Positions 26,546 through 38,945 of a stretch of 64,000 nucleotides of DNA are shown in pieces; positions within the stretch are counted from its first letter, which is position 1; each line of letters begins with the position of its first letter. This DNA comes from Azolla caroliniana (Eukaryota; Plantae; Polypodiophyta). The notes under the pieces are model-generated. The model searched no databases and had not been told where the DNA came from. It saw nothing but the letters and a program-made list of their open reading frames with translations. The position numbers and the translations under genes were made by a program. The stretch lies in the NCBI GenBank assembly GCA_043228905.1, contig JBHGNT010000012.1, forward strand, positions 15,190,001 through 15,254,000, written 5' to 3'.

Positions 26546-27015
26546 TCGACCACTAACTTTGGAATCGGGAAAACTAGACTAGGCAATGCCAATATTGATT
26601 GTCAAATATACCCTTATCCACGTGGTATATGAAACTTATTTCTACTATCTGAAAGGCTATCATTGACCATCAACTTTGGAATTTGGAAAACTAGACTAGG
26701 CAATGCCAATATTGATTGCCAAATATACCCAACCCAATCCACGTGGTATATGAAACTTATTTCTACTATCTGAAAGGCTATCATCGACCACTAACTTTGG
26801 AATCGGGAAAACTAGACTAGGCAATGCCAATATTGATTGCCAAATATACCCAATCCATGTGGTATATGAAACTTATTTCTACTGTCTGAAAGGCTATCAT
26901 CGACCACTAACTTTGGAATCGGGAAAACTAGACTAGGCAATGCCAATATTGATTGCCAAATATACCCAATCCACGTGGTATATGAAACTTATCTCTACTG
27001 TTTGAAAGGCCATCA
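26546..27015. repeat. Tandem repeat, 4 x 116-121 bp, each with a G-box-like CCACGTGG
   Basis: Units start at 26546, 26663, 26784 and 26900. Confidence 0.92.
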
Positions 27016-27094
27016 TTTTCGTGCGTGACTGACTCTAAGATAGCATTTTCCATAGTCACCAAGTCTAGGTTTGCTTGTCTTTCTCTTTCTTTTT

Positions 27095-27575
27095 CTATGT
27101 CTCTAGTGGTAAGTCATTTACACTATTAGCACTACATCTTGGGTTCAAAACCCAAATTTCTCACCTCTCTATTCTTTCTCTTTCTAGTGGTAAGTCATTT
27201 ACACTATTAACACTACATCTTGGGTTCAAAACCCAAATTTCTCACCTCTCTATTACTCCATAGATATCTCTTATTTCACTAGATGCCACTATGGAATGTA
27301 GAGGTTGAACCCGTGACCACTTTGTGTCCATTGGGCAACCTTGCCAACTAAGCTACATCTCTCCCTCTTCTTTTTTATCGTAATTAGCATACCCTAGTGG
27401 TAAGATATTACACTACAAGAATTTATGTCATGGGTTCAAAACCCAACTTTCTCATCACTCTATTACATACTTCATGCATATCGCTTAATTCGCTAGATGC
27501 CACTATGGAATGTAGGGGTTGAACCCATGACCGCTTGGTCTCTATTAGACAACCTTACCAATTGAGCTACATCCA
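27095..27575. repeat. Cluster of five tRNA-derived (SINE-head-like) units in +,+,-,+,- orientation
   Basis: Plus units: CTAGTGGTAAG ... TGGGTTCAAAACCCA. Minus units: TAGCTCAATTGG/TAGCTTAGTTGG ... GGGTTCAACC. A-to-B box spacing is tRNA-like. Confidence 0.7.
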
Positions 27576-27699
27576 TCTGTGTCTGTTTGTCTATTTGAAG
27601 GGGAACATGTTGAGAGTTATGGTGACTTAACTCTTCACGACTTGTCTATGCATTGTAAGAATTTATATGAGTTATCTCTTGCCGGAAAGATGTTGTGTT

Positions 27700-29945
27700 A
27701 TGGTTCTCTTTCACATATGTCTCCTTTTCTTTACAATTGAAGATATAAGCATAGGACTTAAGAAATTGGCCTCTCTAAAGGCAAGCGATCTTCAATGTAT
27801 AAAGTCGGAAATGCTCAAATGGACGGGAAAGGAAGCATATGTATGGATACACGATATGTTTAATGATGCATTGCAACATGGTATGGCGTATGATTGGACT
27901 ACAAATTGGATCAAACCTTTACATAAAGGTGGAGATGTAAATAATGTAAACAACTATCGAACCATCATGGTTGGCTCATTACTGGAAAAACTATTTGGAT
28001 GTATAATGGAATCAAATATAAGTGTATGGGCTAACAAAAATTGGTAAGAGAGCTTATGGACAAGCTGGCTTTCGAAAACACCATAGCACCATTGATCACC
28101 TTGTCACCCTTCGAGTATTAATGGAGGAAAGTCGCCTTAGAGGTAAAGGTTTATATTGTCGCTTTGTAGACTTCAAGAAAGCTTTTGTATGGTACCTCGT
28201 GAACATCTTTGGAGGAGAATGGAAGAACTTGAGGTGCCAAGTGAATATATGCTTGCAATTTCCCGAATTTATGAGAAGGTTATATGTTGTGTCATATGAG
28301 AGATAAATTGTGAAGAAGTTGCCATTAGGAATGTTGTGATTATGTTTTTGCTATATGCAGATGATGTAGTGTTTTTTGCAAATACTTTAGTAGATGAACA
28401 AAAGCTTATGAAGGCATTGGAAATATTTTGCATGCATACTAAGTTAAGTGTCAATGGCTCTAAAACAAACATTTGTTGGGAGACAGGTCCCTCCGGATGG
28501 GAAGGGAGAGCCGGATGGTGCAGACCCAGTGAGAACCGGATGAGGAGTACCCGGCTACGGAGAGCCAGATGGTGCAGACTCGGTGAGAACCAGATGAGGA
28601 GTACTCGGCTACGGAGAGCCGGATGGTGCAGACCCGGTGAAAACCGGATGAGGAGTACCCGGCTACGGAGAGCCGGATGGTGCAGACCCGGTGAGAACCG
28701 GATGAGGAGTACCCGGCTGCGGAGAGCCGGATGGTGAAGACCCGGTGAGGAGTGCTCACTGGATGAAAAGACATATTTGTAAATATGTTTCTAAGAGTCC
28801 ATCGTGGCTATATTTGTAAATAGCCGAAAAGTCATATTAGTATAAATATGACTTAGGGCAAACTTTTGTTGTGTTGTTGTCATTCTTGTTGGCGTGTAAG
28901 ATCAGAGCGCGTAACCGTGTACAGAGAGAGAGAGAGAGAGAGAGGAAGAGGTCGTTGCCTCTGTTGTAACCGCCGCCTGTGGCGAAGGTCGTGAGCGCGA
29001 GGTCGTTGCCTCCGTGAGCTCACTATTGTAATCATTGTAACATAGTGATAGTTTGCAGCCTGTGGGCTGCCGTGGTTTTTCCCTAGTTTGGGTTTTCCAC
29101 GCAAACATCCTGTGTACTCTTCTCTTCACTGTGTTGTGCATTCATTCCTGTGTTTTTTTTTGTGTATGATTCTAAGTTCGGTTGTGGCCGAGCGTTGTGC
29201 ATAAGGAGCGTTTAGTTCCCGTCAACATTATGGTTGTGAAGAGCCAAAAAAGAGATAAACCATGCATTATGTACAACAACAAGCCAACTTCAAATATCTT
29301 GGCCTTGAAGTTCCTTCAAATCATAGATGGAGTTAATGTGCTACACGTTGCTTAGAGGCGGGTAAGCAAGCATACTATGCATTTGAGAACACATGCAATC
29401 TTGGAGATATTAAATGTTGGGTCCTCAAGAAATATCTTTTCGACACTTTGGTGACACCGGTTCTTCTCTATGGGGTGGAAGTATGAGGCGGTAGCATCCC
29501 TAAATCTACGTGGAAAGAGTTTGAAAATGTCCAAAAACATTTTCTTACAAAGTTTCTACAAGTTAAGAAATAAACGCCTTACACCCTCCTCCTCCTTAAG
29601 ATGGGATCACTTCCCATTGAGATCATGGTCATGGAAAGGGTTGTTGAATACATGCTTAAGGTTCAAAAAAGACCCTCACATCGAGTTCTTAGAATTGCAT
29701 GGGAAGCAAGCAAAAGGATAAAAAAGACGCATAAAAGCAAATTTTTGTGTTCCGGTTGGATGCAAGATATGGAAAAATGGTTTGGTAGATGGGATGCAAG
29801 ACACTTGCTTCATGATGCATCACTAGATTCCTTTGTAAATGAGGCCATTTTGCAATGCCAATGTATCATGACATGGGACAAATTTGGAGGCTCACGCTTC
29901 ACACATTATACTACATATGTTACATATGTTTCACACATTATACTA
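27700..29945 (+). mobile_element. Degenerate non-LTR retrotransposon RT (RTE/CR1-like), split by a solo LTR
   Basis: KPLHKGGD..NNYRTI, QAGFRKHHSTIDH, FVDFKKAF, LLYADD, SKTNI|MVV, FKYLG. Confidence 0.85.
28474..29224 (+). mobile_element. Solo copia LTR with expanded 54-bp U3 repeats
   Basis: TGTTGGG...CCGTCA; TSD ACATT on both sides. Confidence 0.93.
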
Positions 29946-31040
29946 CATACGTTTGTGTTCTAGTTCTTAGTGAGGACCGCATGGTCGCTCATGCCCGTTC
30001 GTGTTCCAGTTCCTGGTGAGGGTTGCACATGGTCGCTCACACCTGTTCTTGTTTGAGTTCCCGGTGAGGGCCGTATGGTCGCTCCCGTCTGTTCGTGTTC
30101 GAGTTCCCGATGAGGGACACATGGTCGCTCATGCCTGTTCATGTTCTCGATGAGGACCGCATAGGGTCGCTCATGTCTGTCGGTGTTCTAGTCTTCGGTG
30201 AGGGCCACACATGGTCGCTCATGTCCGTTGAGGTTCTAGTCTTCGGGGAGGACAACATATGGTTCCTCATGCCCGCCAGTGCTCCAATTCCTGTCCACCC
30301 CTACACCACGCTTTCAAAAAGGCAACTGTAAAGGGGAGGATAATGCCACGATACAATGACGTCAAATATGTAATTAGTGAGGATTGAACCTGCAACCTCA
30401 GATCTACAAAATGTCATGCTCAACCATCTGGATATGAGCATGTATTTGTATATATTCTAGCATATATACATTCCAGAATATTCTAGAGTCGTTAGTGTAT
30501 TCTAGAAAAATATTCTATGGTGTATTCTAGAGATATTTGTCAGGCATATTCTAGAGATACTCAATCTCAAAACTCGTACAAATACTTGTAACCTCCTTGG
30601 TTCCTTTAAGGGAATTCAACACCAGTCATTGACACATCAATCTCGTATTCTTGTTCCATTCCATCTTTGTTTCATTCTTCATGCTCTTGTGTCATTCCTA
30701 GCTTCTGAAGTTCCATGCTCATAGCCACGTCATTCGTGCTCCGTCTGAGTCCACAGTTGGTGTGGCCGTGACAATTTGAATCCCTTCCAACTAGAAGCAT
30801 CACCCATCTTCATCATCGCCCTTGCTTCTAGAGTTACCATCATTGCTTCCAGAATTACCGTCATCAACATCCTTGGTTTTAGAGATTCCATCATCACCAT
30901 AGTCATAGTCGTTCCTTCTAGAGATGGTTCCTCATCATCATTGTCTTCACTTCCTCGTCTTCGACATCATCATTTTTCAGCACCTCTTGTTGTCTTCATC
31001 AACGCTATGTTGCCCAATCTTAATCGTCATCAACACTACT

Positions 31041-31603
31041 TGTCAGGATCATGACCGGCCACAACCGGTCCTACTTTGAATGTTCGGGTGCAAAGAATTG
31101 GTATAGACAATACACAGATAGATAAACGACAAAGCAGAAAGATAAGTACATAGACACAAGGTGTTTTACGTGGAAAACCCGAAAGGGAAAAACCATGAGG
31201 GTCCACAAACCTCGAGAAACAGAATCATTATAATAGAGAAGTAGTACAATAAGAATCTCGGAGGCAACGACCTTGAGTTCTTCTTCGTCGGACAAACGGT
31301 TGTGGAGTTACTAACTCTTACACTCACTCTCTCTTCCTTTTACAGTTACAGAGGCAACTACCACACTGTAACTTATTACAACTATATTGATCCTTCCTTA
31401 AAGTTTGCCCTAGTTGTATTTATACATATACAACATTCTAGCTATTTACATACATAGCCCACAAGGGGCACATTTAGACTATTCACATATATAGTCTCTC
31501 GATTTCGGTTTCGGTTTTCAATCTCGGTCTTAGCCGAAATACTTATTTACTCCATCCAACTCGGTCCGTTCTCTTCCCATCCGGAGGGACTTGTTTCCCA
31601 ACA
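31041..31603 (-). mobile_element. Solo copia LTR
   Basis: Reverse complement begins TGTTGGGAAACAAGTCCCTCCGGATGGG; TSD CTACT. Confidence 0.92.
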
Positions 31604-31981
31604 CTACTTTGCATGGTCGTTCATTATCATCATTGTTCTGCCCATTTCATCGTCATCGTCATAATCTATAGGTATCATTTTGCATCATGATTTTGGCGAG
31701 GATCGATTTTTGATCGCTCACCTTCACAGTTCTGGTGGGGGTTACAACCGCTCACTTTCCTTTGGTGAGGATCGATTTCGATCGCTCAACTTCTAGTTTT
31801 AATGGGGGTCACAACCACTCACTTTCCTGTTGGGGATCGCGTCGTGTTCTAGTTCTCGGTGAGGACCGCATGGTCGCTCACTCTCGTTCGTGTTCCAATT
31901 CCCGATGAGGACCCCATGGTTGCTCACTCCCGTTCGTGTTCCAGTTCCCGGTGAGGACCGCATGGTTGCTCACTCCCGTTT

Positions 31982-34900
31982 TGTTGAGCGGACAAGCTCA
32001 ACCGGATCCGAATTGGGGATTGGGATCGGAGAGCCGGACCCACACGTGTACTGGTAGGTTGTTTAGAGGTCTATGCTTCTAGAATACTAGGTAGTCATGG
32101 TCCTTGTAGTTAGTGTCAGCCTCTCGTATGAGCGTTGAAGTACATAGTACTTCTGTCAGTCCCTTGTGGACTTGTATAAAAAGTGTTCACTGAGCACATC
32201 CTATGTGTAGAGTGTTATTATTTTGTATTCAGTTTATGCTTCTACTCTCTCTGTCTCTCTTGTGTGTTCTCTGTTCTTAAGCTTCCATTAAACCTTCTTT
32301 CTCTGATTTACTGTTGTTACCCGGTTGAGCTGGTTTGTCTACAAGCTTCCGCACGCTATTCTTGACATGGTATCAGAGCGTGAGGGTTGAGAACCTCCAC
32401 AACTGATGAGAGATTATTGAAGACAAACCCTAACACCCGGTAAAGAGTGAAAGATGGACAGAGGTATGGCAAGCTCGCTTCCGATAGAGAAGCTTGACTG
32501 ACACAACTATGCATCCTGGTCATACAAGATGCACCAGTATATGCTCGGACATGGATACTGGAGTTATGTTGAGGGAGTGAATGAAATAGCGCCGGAGTCG
32601 TCACAAAAGGAGTACCCGGCATGGGAACAAGGAGCAAGCAGAGTTCTATATTGCCTTGCATCCTTCGTGCACGACTAGATGATCGGCTACACTAGAGATG
32701 CTAAGACACCGAAACAGGCCTTGGAAAATCTGAAAAAGATTTTCGCCGCAAGTACCTTAGCTTGGAAGCTACAACTTCGACAAGAACTGAACAATATCCG
32801 ACAAAAGGATATGTTAGTTTCAGACTACACCGTGAAGATAAAGGAGATTTGCAATGCATTAGGGTCCATTGACGTCAAGATAGATGAGGAAGAAATGTTG
32901 CAAATCTGCCTCAATGGTCTAGCTCAAAGGTACAGGTCTATCCGGACCGCTATCCTGACCCGGGAGAAACCACCATCCTTCTTTGACATGCAATCGATGC
33001 TCATGGTCAAAGAAAACCACACAATTGGGTCAAGGACCACTCATTCGGACAAACGGATCCTGTACACGGAGGCGGATCGGCCTCGTGGGCGTGGAGAACG
33101 AGGTGCATTGGCATGCACTGTAGGCGGCCGACAAGAGTAGAACTGGTGGCACAGAGATAGTGCCGACAACAGTTCTAGACCCTCCACTAGCAGGGGAGTC
33201 ATAGCGGCGTCGGAAATTGGCAAGGAAAGGCCGACTCAGAATGCTAGTATTGTGGCAAGAAAGGTCACCGAGAAAGCGAGTGCTAGAAGAAGCGCACTGC
33301 TTTGGAAAAATCCAGATCTGGAAAGGCCAGGCAAGGGAACCGACAATGCTCGCACTATGCCGAAGGATTGGAAGGATTCGGAACAGGAAAGACCGGACAA
33401 GGGCCAACCTTTATGATGAAGTACAAGGCGAACTCAATGAAGAAGACCACTTTTGGATCAGAGGAAGTACGGTATGTTGACTCCGGAGCATCTAACCACA
33501 TGACGAGCCACAAAGAGTGGTTCTCGTTTCTGGAAAAGCTGGAGCAACCGGGAGTTGTCGAAACCGGAGATGACACTCCTCATCCGATTGTGCATGTTGG
33601 AGAAGTTCCTTTAAGCCATGTCGGACAAAAGGGAAAGCTGATGAACGTACTACATGTTCCGACAATCACAAAGAACCTGGTGTTGGTCGGGCAGATCGTC
33701 AACCAGGGGATGCAGGTGCGGTTTACGCACCTCGGATGCTTCATTGAGGAAGAAGGCCTGATAATTGCGCAAGGGCACCGTGACGGGAGGATGTTTATCC
33801 TCGACACCAACGACGTAGGCACCACTATGTTCACAAAAGGTCAGAAGGTCGAATTGGATATCGACATGTGGCACAAGAGGATTAGCTAGTCAATTACCGG
33901 AGGATTTAGGACCTACAATCGAAACAAGTTATTTTCGGATTGCCAAAATTTAGTGGCTGGAAGGCCCAAATTTGTGAAGCTTGCCAGCTTGGTAAGCAAC
34001 ACCGGCTTCCATTCCCCACCGAAAGAAACCGGAGCCGTAACAAGCTTGATCTAATACATTCGGATGTATGGGGACTGGCACAGAAAGTTAGTCTTGGTGG
34101 AAGCGGATATTTCGTCTCTTTCATCGATGACTATAGCCGGCACATGTGGATCTACCTCATCGAGAAGAAAAGTGAGATCTTCGATTGTTTCTGGAACCTG
34201 CAAAGTCTCGTCGAATGGGAAACGGAGAGGAAGATCAAGTGCCTACAGTCGGATGGTGGAAAAGAATATTTGTCTAGTCAATTCAACAGTTACCTGCAAC
34301 AAATGGGAATTCGGAGAGAATTTAGCTGCAGGTACACGCCAGAACAAAACGATGTGGCCGAAAGGAAGAACCGGTCGAATGTCGACGCGGCAAGGGCAAT
34401 GCTTGAGGAGAAAAGCATGCCCAAATTCTATTGGACTGAGGCGGTCAGGACGGCCATCTACATCCAAAACCAGATCGAGGATAAGGTGTTAACACACGAG
34501 CTGTATTTCAGGCGGAAGCTGAACTTGAGGCCCCTTAGGATATGTTGGGAAACATGTCCCTCCGGATGGGAAGTGAAGTACCGTGTTGGCGAGTATTGTA
34601 ATCAAAATCGAAAACCGAAATCGTTTCGGAAGATCATAATTGTAAATAGTCTAAAATGCCCTTGTGGGCTATACTTGTAAATAGTCAGAAAGTTGCTTTT
34701 GTTTATAAGCAACTAGGGCAAACTTTAGTAAGTAGTTAGTTGATCATTATTGAAAAAGTTAGAACGAAGTAGTTGCCTCTATAACAGTGAGCTTGAGAGA
34801 GTGAGAGTGTAACTCTGTAGCCGTCTGTTAGGCGAAGGAGAACTCGAGGTCGTTGCCTCTGAGTTCCGTACTTGTACTTCCTCTCTACTATAGTGATATG

Positions 34901-37494
34901 TTTTTCTCGGGGTTTTCCACGTAAAAATTTGGTGTCTCTGTCGATTTCTAACAGGATATTTGGCAACATAGCCTATGTGCATGTGCCGGATGAGAAGAGG
35001 AGGAAGCTGGACCCAAAGTCGGAGAAATACATACTAGTCGGCTACTCTAATGAGCAGAAGGGGTATAATGGCTACAATCCGAGTAAGTCGAGATGTTGAG
35101 TTCGATGAATCGGCATCCTGGTATACTCTACCGACTCCGACACGATTCTGGAAGATGAGGCCAGTGAGCCCGAAGAGACACAAGTAGATGAAGAAGAGTT
35201 TGGTACTCTAGATGAGAGTCCTATCCCTTTCTGGTTAAGTGGGCTGAATGAGTGACTGAGTCGGAACGACCAGTTGGACGATGAATAGTGGAGACTCAAT
35301 CGTGCTCTCCCTGCATAAGGAATCGAGGAGACGGTTCACACGCAAGGAAAAGGGGAAGAAGAAGATGTTGGAATACACCACCTCAAGTTAGAGATGAACA
35401 AGTCGGTAGTGTGCTAACTCAAGAAGTTACTTTACGGTCTAAAGCAAGCCCCCCGAGCTTGGAATGCAAAAATCACGCACCGGTTACGTAGGATAGGGTT
35501 TGCAACCTCGAAGTCGGACTCGTCGTTGTTCATCCGGAAAGGTTTGAAAGGTTCGGTATGTATCTTGTTATATGTGGATGATCTAGTGATCACGAGACCT
35601 GGGCTCGATGAAATCGGCCAATTAAAGTCCCAGCTGTCGAATAGATTTGAAATGAAGGACCTGGGGGACCTTCATTATTTTCTTGGGATCGAGGTGCTCC
35701 ATACCCCCGACAACATATTGCTCTCACAGTGACATTATGTGCTGAATATGCTGTACAAGTTCGGCATGACGGATTGCCAACCGATCTCCACACCCCTGGA
35801 TCGGAACCTGAAGCTATGTCTTGACTCCGGACCAGCCTACAATGAGAAACGGTTTCGAGGAATTGTCAGAAGCCTTATTTATTTGACGATCACCTGACCT
35901 GACATTAGCTATCCCATCGGAGTGATTAGCCAATTCATGCAGAAGCCGACCATGGAGCACCTTCAATGCGCACACCGGATACTCTAGTATGACGGTATCA
36001 CTAAGGATAAGGGTCTGTTATACCAACACGGTATAGCTGAACAACTAGTCGGATATATAGATGTTGACTGGGCTGGTGATGCATTGGATTGTAGGCCCAC
36101 CTCCGGATACATGTTTTCTCTTGGTAGTGCGACTGTTGCATGGTGCAGCAAAAAGCTACCAACCGTAGCTCTGTCGAGCACAGACGCTGAGTATCGGGGC
36201 GCTACCATTGCCACCTGTGAAGCTATATGGCTTCAACGCCTACTACAAGACCTCCAGATTGAGGTACCAACCCTAATCCTGATCTATTGTGACAACGTAA
36301 GCAACATACAACTCGCTAAGAACCTTGTATTTCATGCTCGGACAAAGCACATAGAAGTACTCACTTTGTGCGTGAGCGGGTCCTAAGTGGTGAAGTTGAA
36401 CTTCGGTATGTTCACACGGATCAACAGGTTGTCGACATCTTCTCCAAACCGCTTGGATCGGACAAGTTGCAACACTTCTCGGAGATGCTTGGTCTACAAC
36501 ATCTCGACGTGCCGCATTTGAGGGGGAGAATGGAGACATGTAATGGCACCGGACAAGGAGCCGGAGAGAAAGAGAGAACCAAGACAGGGGGAGACAGGAA
36601 GAAAAAGGAAGCCGGGTTCACTGAAGAAGTCGGCACATCCGATAAAGTCCACTGAAGACGAATTGGAGACAACCAATTCGGACAAGAGTTGGAACGAATC
36701 GGAGGAAGCCAATTCGCAAGAGGAGTTTAATTCAGAGGAGCCGAATCAACTGGAGGCCAAACAGATAATAAGGCAGTGGAAGTCGACACCGACACGGAGG
36801 AACCAACAGGTCGAGAAGCGCAGAAGTCGCAACAGCAAGGGAGTTGAGACTTGGGCCTTATGAGCAGACAAGCTGACCGAGAAGTTCAAGGTGCGCATGA
36901 CCGGACGGGTCGAGGAGCACAAGCAAGGCGGGAAGATGCCAGGAGGAGCGCGAGGGAAAGACTGACAAACACTAACACCGACACATGGATCCGACCTCAA
37001 GTTGAGCTTGAGGGAGAGTGTTGAGTGCACAAGCTCAACCGGATCCGGATTGGCTGAATAAGCCAGAGCCGTATCGGTATCCGGAACAGAGAACTGGATC
37101 GGTGTCCAGATAGTATCCGGAACCAGGAGCCGGATCGGGATCGAAGAGCCGGACCCATGTGTGTACTTGTAGGTTGTTTAGAGATCTACGCATCTAGACT
37201 ACTAGGTAGTCATGGTCCTCGTAGTTAGTGTCAACCACGCATATGAGCATCGAAGTACATAGTACTTCTGTTAATCCCTTCTGGATTTGTATAAAAACTT
37301 CTCACTGAGCACATCCTATGTACAAAGTGTTATTATTTTGAATTGAGTTTATGCTTTCTGCTCTCTTTGCCTCACCTGGATGTTCCTTGTATATTCTCTA
37401 TTCTTAAGCTTCCATTAAACCTTCTTTCTCTGATTTACTATTGTTACCTGGTTGAGCCGATTTTTCTAGAAGCTCCTGCACTCTATTATTGACA
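31982..37494 (+). mobile_element. Degenerate Ty1/copia element A (LTRs 31982-32367 and 37019-37494)
   Basis: TSD CGTTT; tRNA-iMet PBS TGGTATCAGAGC at 32368; gag, PR (VDSGAS), IN (HSDVWG), RT (LYVDDL), RH; RT N-terminus deleted near 35380. Confidence 0.92.
34543..34953 (+). mobile_element. Solo copia LTR in the integrase of element A
   Basis: TGTTGGGAAAC...CTAACA; TSD GGATA. Confidence 0.92.
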
Positions 37495-38373
37495 CGTTTG
37501 TGTTCCAGTTCCAGGTGAGGACCCCATGGTTGCTCACGCCCGTTTGTGTTCCAGTTCTCAGTGAGGACTGCATGGTCGCTCACGCCTGTTCTTGTTTGAG
37601 TTCCTGGTGAGGGTTGCACATGGTTGCTCACACTTGTTTTTGTTTGAGTTCCCCGTGAGGGCCGCATGGTCTCTCCCGTCCGTTCGTGTTCGAGTTCCCG
37701 ATGAGGGCCACGTGGTTGCTCATGCTCGTTCATGTTCCTGATGAGGACCACACATGGTCGCTCACATCTGTCGGTGTTCTAGTCTTCGGTGAGGGTCACA
37801 CATGGTCACTCACGTTCGGTGGGGTTCTCGTCTCTAGGGTAGGCAGCATATGGTTCCTCACATCCGTCAGTGCTCTAGTTCTTGTCGACCCCTACACCAC
37901 GCTTTTGAAAAGGTGGTTGTATAAGGGAGGAAAATGCCACGATACAATGATGTCAAATACATCGTTAGTGAGGATTGAACCTGCAACCTCAGATCTACAA
38001 GATGTCATGCTCAATCGTCTGGATATGAGCATGTATTTGTATATAATAGAGTATTGTATATTCTAGCATATATACATTCCAAAATATTCTAGAGCCTTTA
38101 GTGTATTCTAGAAATATTCTATGGTTTATTCTAGAGATATTTGTCAGGTTTATTCTAGAGATACTCAATCTCAGAACTTGTATAAATACTTGTAACCTCC
38201 TTGGTTCCTTTCAGGGGATTCAACACCAATCATTAACACATCAATCTAGTATTCTCGTTTCATTCCATCTTGGCTCCTTCATGCTCTTGTGTCATTCCTA
38301 GCTTCTAAAGTTCCACACTCGCAACCCCATCATCCGTGCTCCGTCCGAGTCCATGGTTGGTGTGTCTGTGACA

Positions 38374-38542
38374 CCGACTAACCGTGGGGCTACACCGGTC
38401 CAATATAGCAACCCCCTGTCCTTGGTGCCGCTGACATACTGGAGTATTATTTGCATGCACTAAAGGTGTTTTGTGGTCAGCGGTGACATGAACTAACTGA
38501 TCAAGTCGACCAGATAGCTGAGGTTCGGCCGGGTGATGGCCA
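38374..38542 (-). mobile_element. Copia D RT fragment (continues at 63191)
   Basis: Translates ITRPNLSY..LQYVSGTKDRGLLY and joins in frame to GSLIYFT at 63191. Confidence 0.8.
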
Positions 38543-38945
38543 TGTTGGGAAACAGGTCCCTCCAGATGGGAAGAGAGAAGAGCCGAGTTGATGCCTCGGC
38601 CGAAACCGAAATCGTGTAGACAACCAACTCGGGAGACTATATCTGTAAATAATCTAAATAAGCCTCTGTGGGCTATACTTGTAAATAGTCCAGAAGTTGT
38701 ACTAGTATATAAGCAACTAGGGCAAATCTTATAGCGTGAGTTAGTGATCATTATTGTGAGATAGTTAGCACGGGGCAGTTGTCTCCGTAACTGTGAGAAC
38801 CCGTGAGAGAAGGAGAGTGTGAGTAAGTGCAACTCCATAGCCGTCTGCTGATGAAGAAGAACTCAAGGTCATTCCCTTTGAGTTTCTTGTTGTACCCCGC
38901 ATCATCATAGTGATATGTTTTCGGAGCAATCGAGCTCCACGTGGT

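Larger units (their letters stand above)
29948..38373 (+). mobile_element. Non-autonomous chromovirus-type LTR element T3 in tandem form (partial internal-LTR-internal-LTR)
   Basis: LTRs 30344-30773 and 37935-38373 (TGCCAC...GTGACA), both preceded by a PPT resembling the T2 PPT; about 1.1 kb non-coding internal region of 46-bp repeats once insertions are removed. Confidence 0.82.

Noticed and set aside
27495-27575. Functional tRNA genes
   Set aside because: A/B boxes are present but anticodon and other stems do not pair properly; treated as tRNA-derived
28500-28760. Regular 54-bp (and 46-, 83-, 117-bp) repeats as CRISPR arrays or repeat proteins
   Set aside because: No unique spacers, no cas genes, eukaryotic context; these are LTR-internal or tandem repeats and their ORFs are incidental
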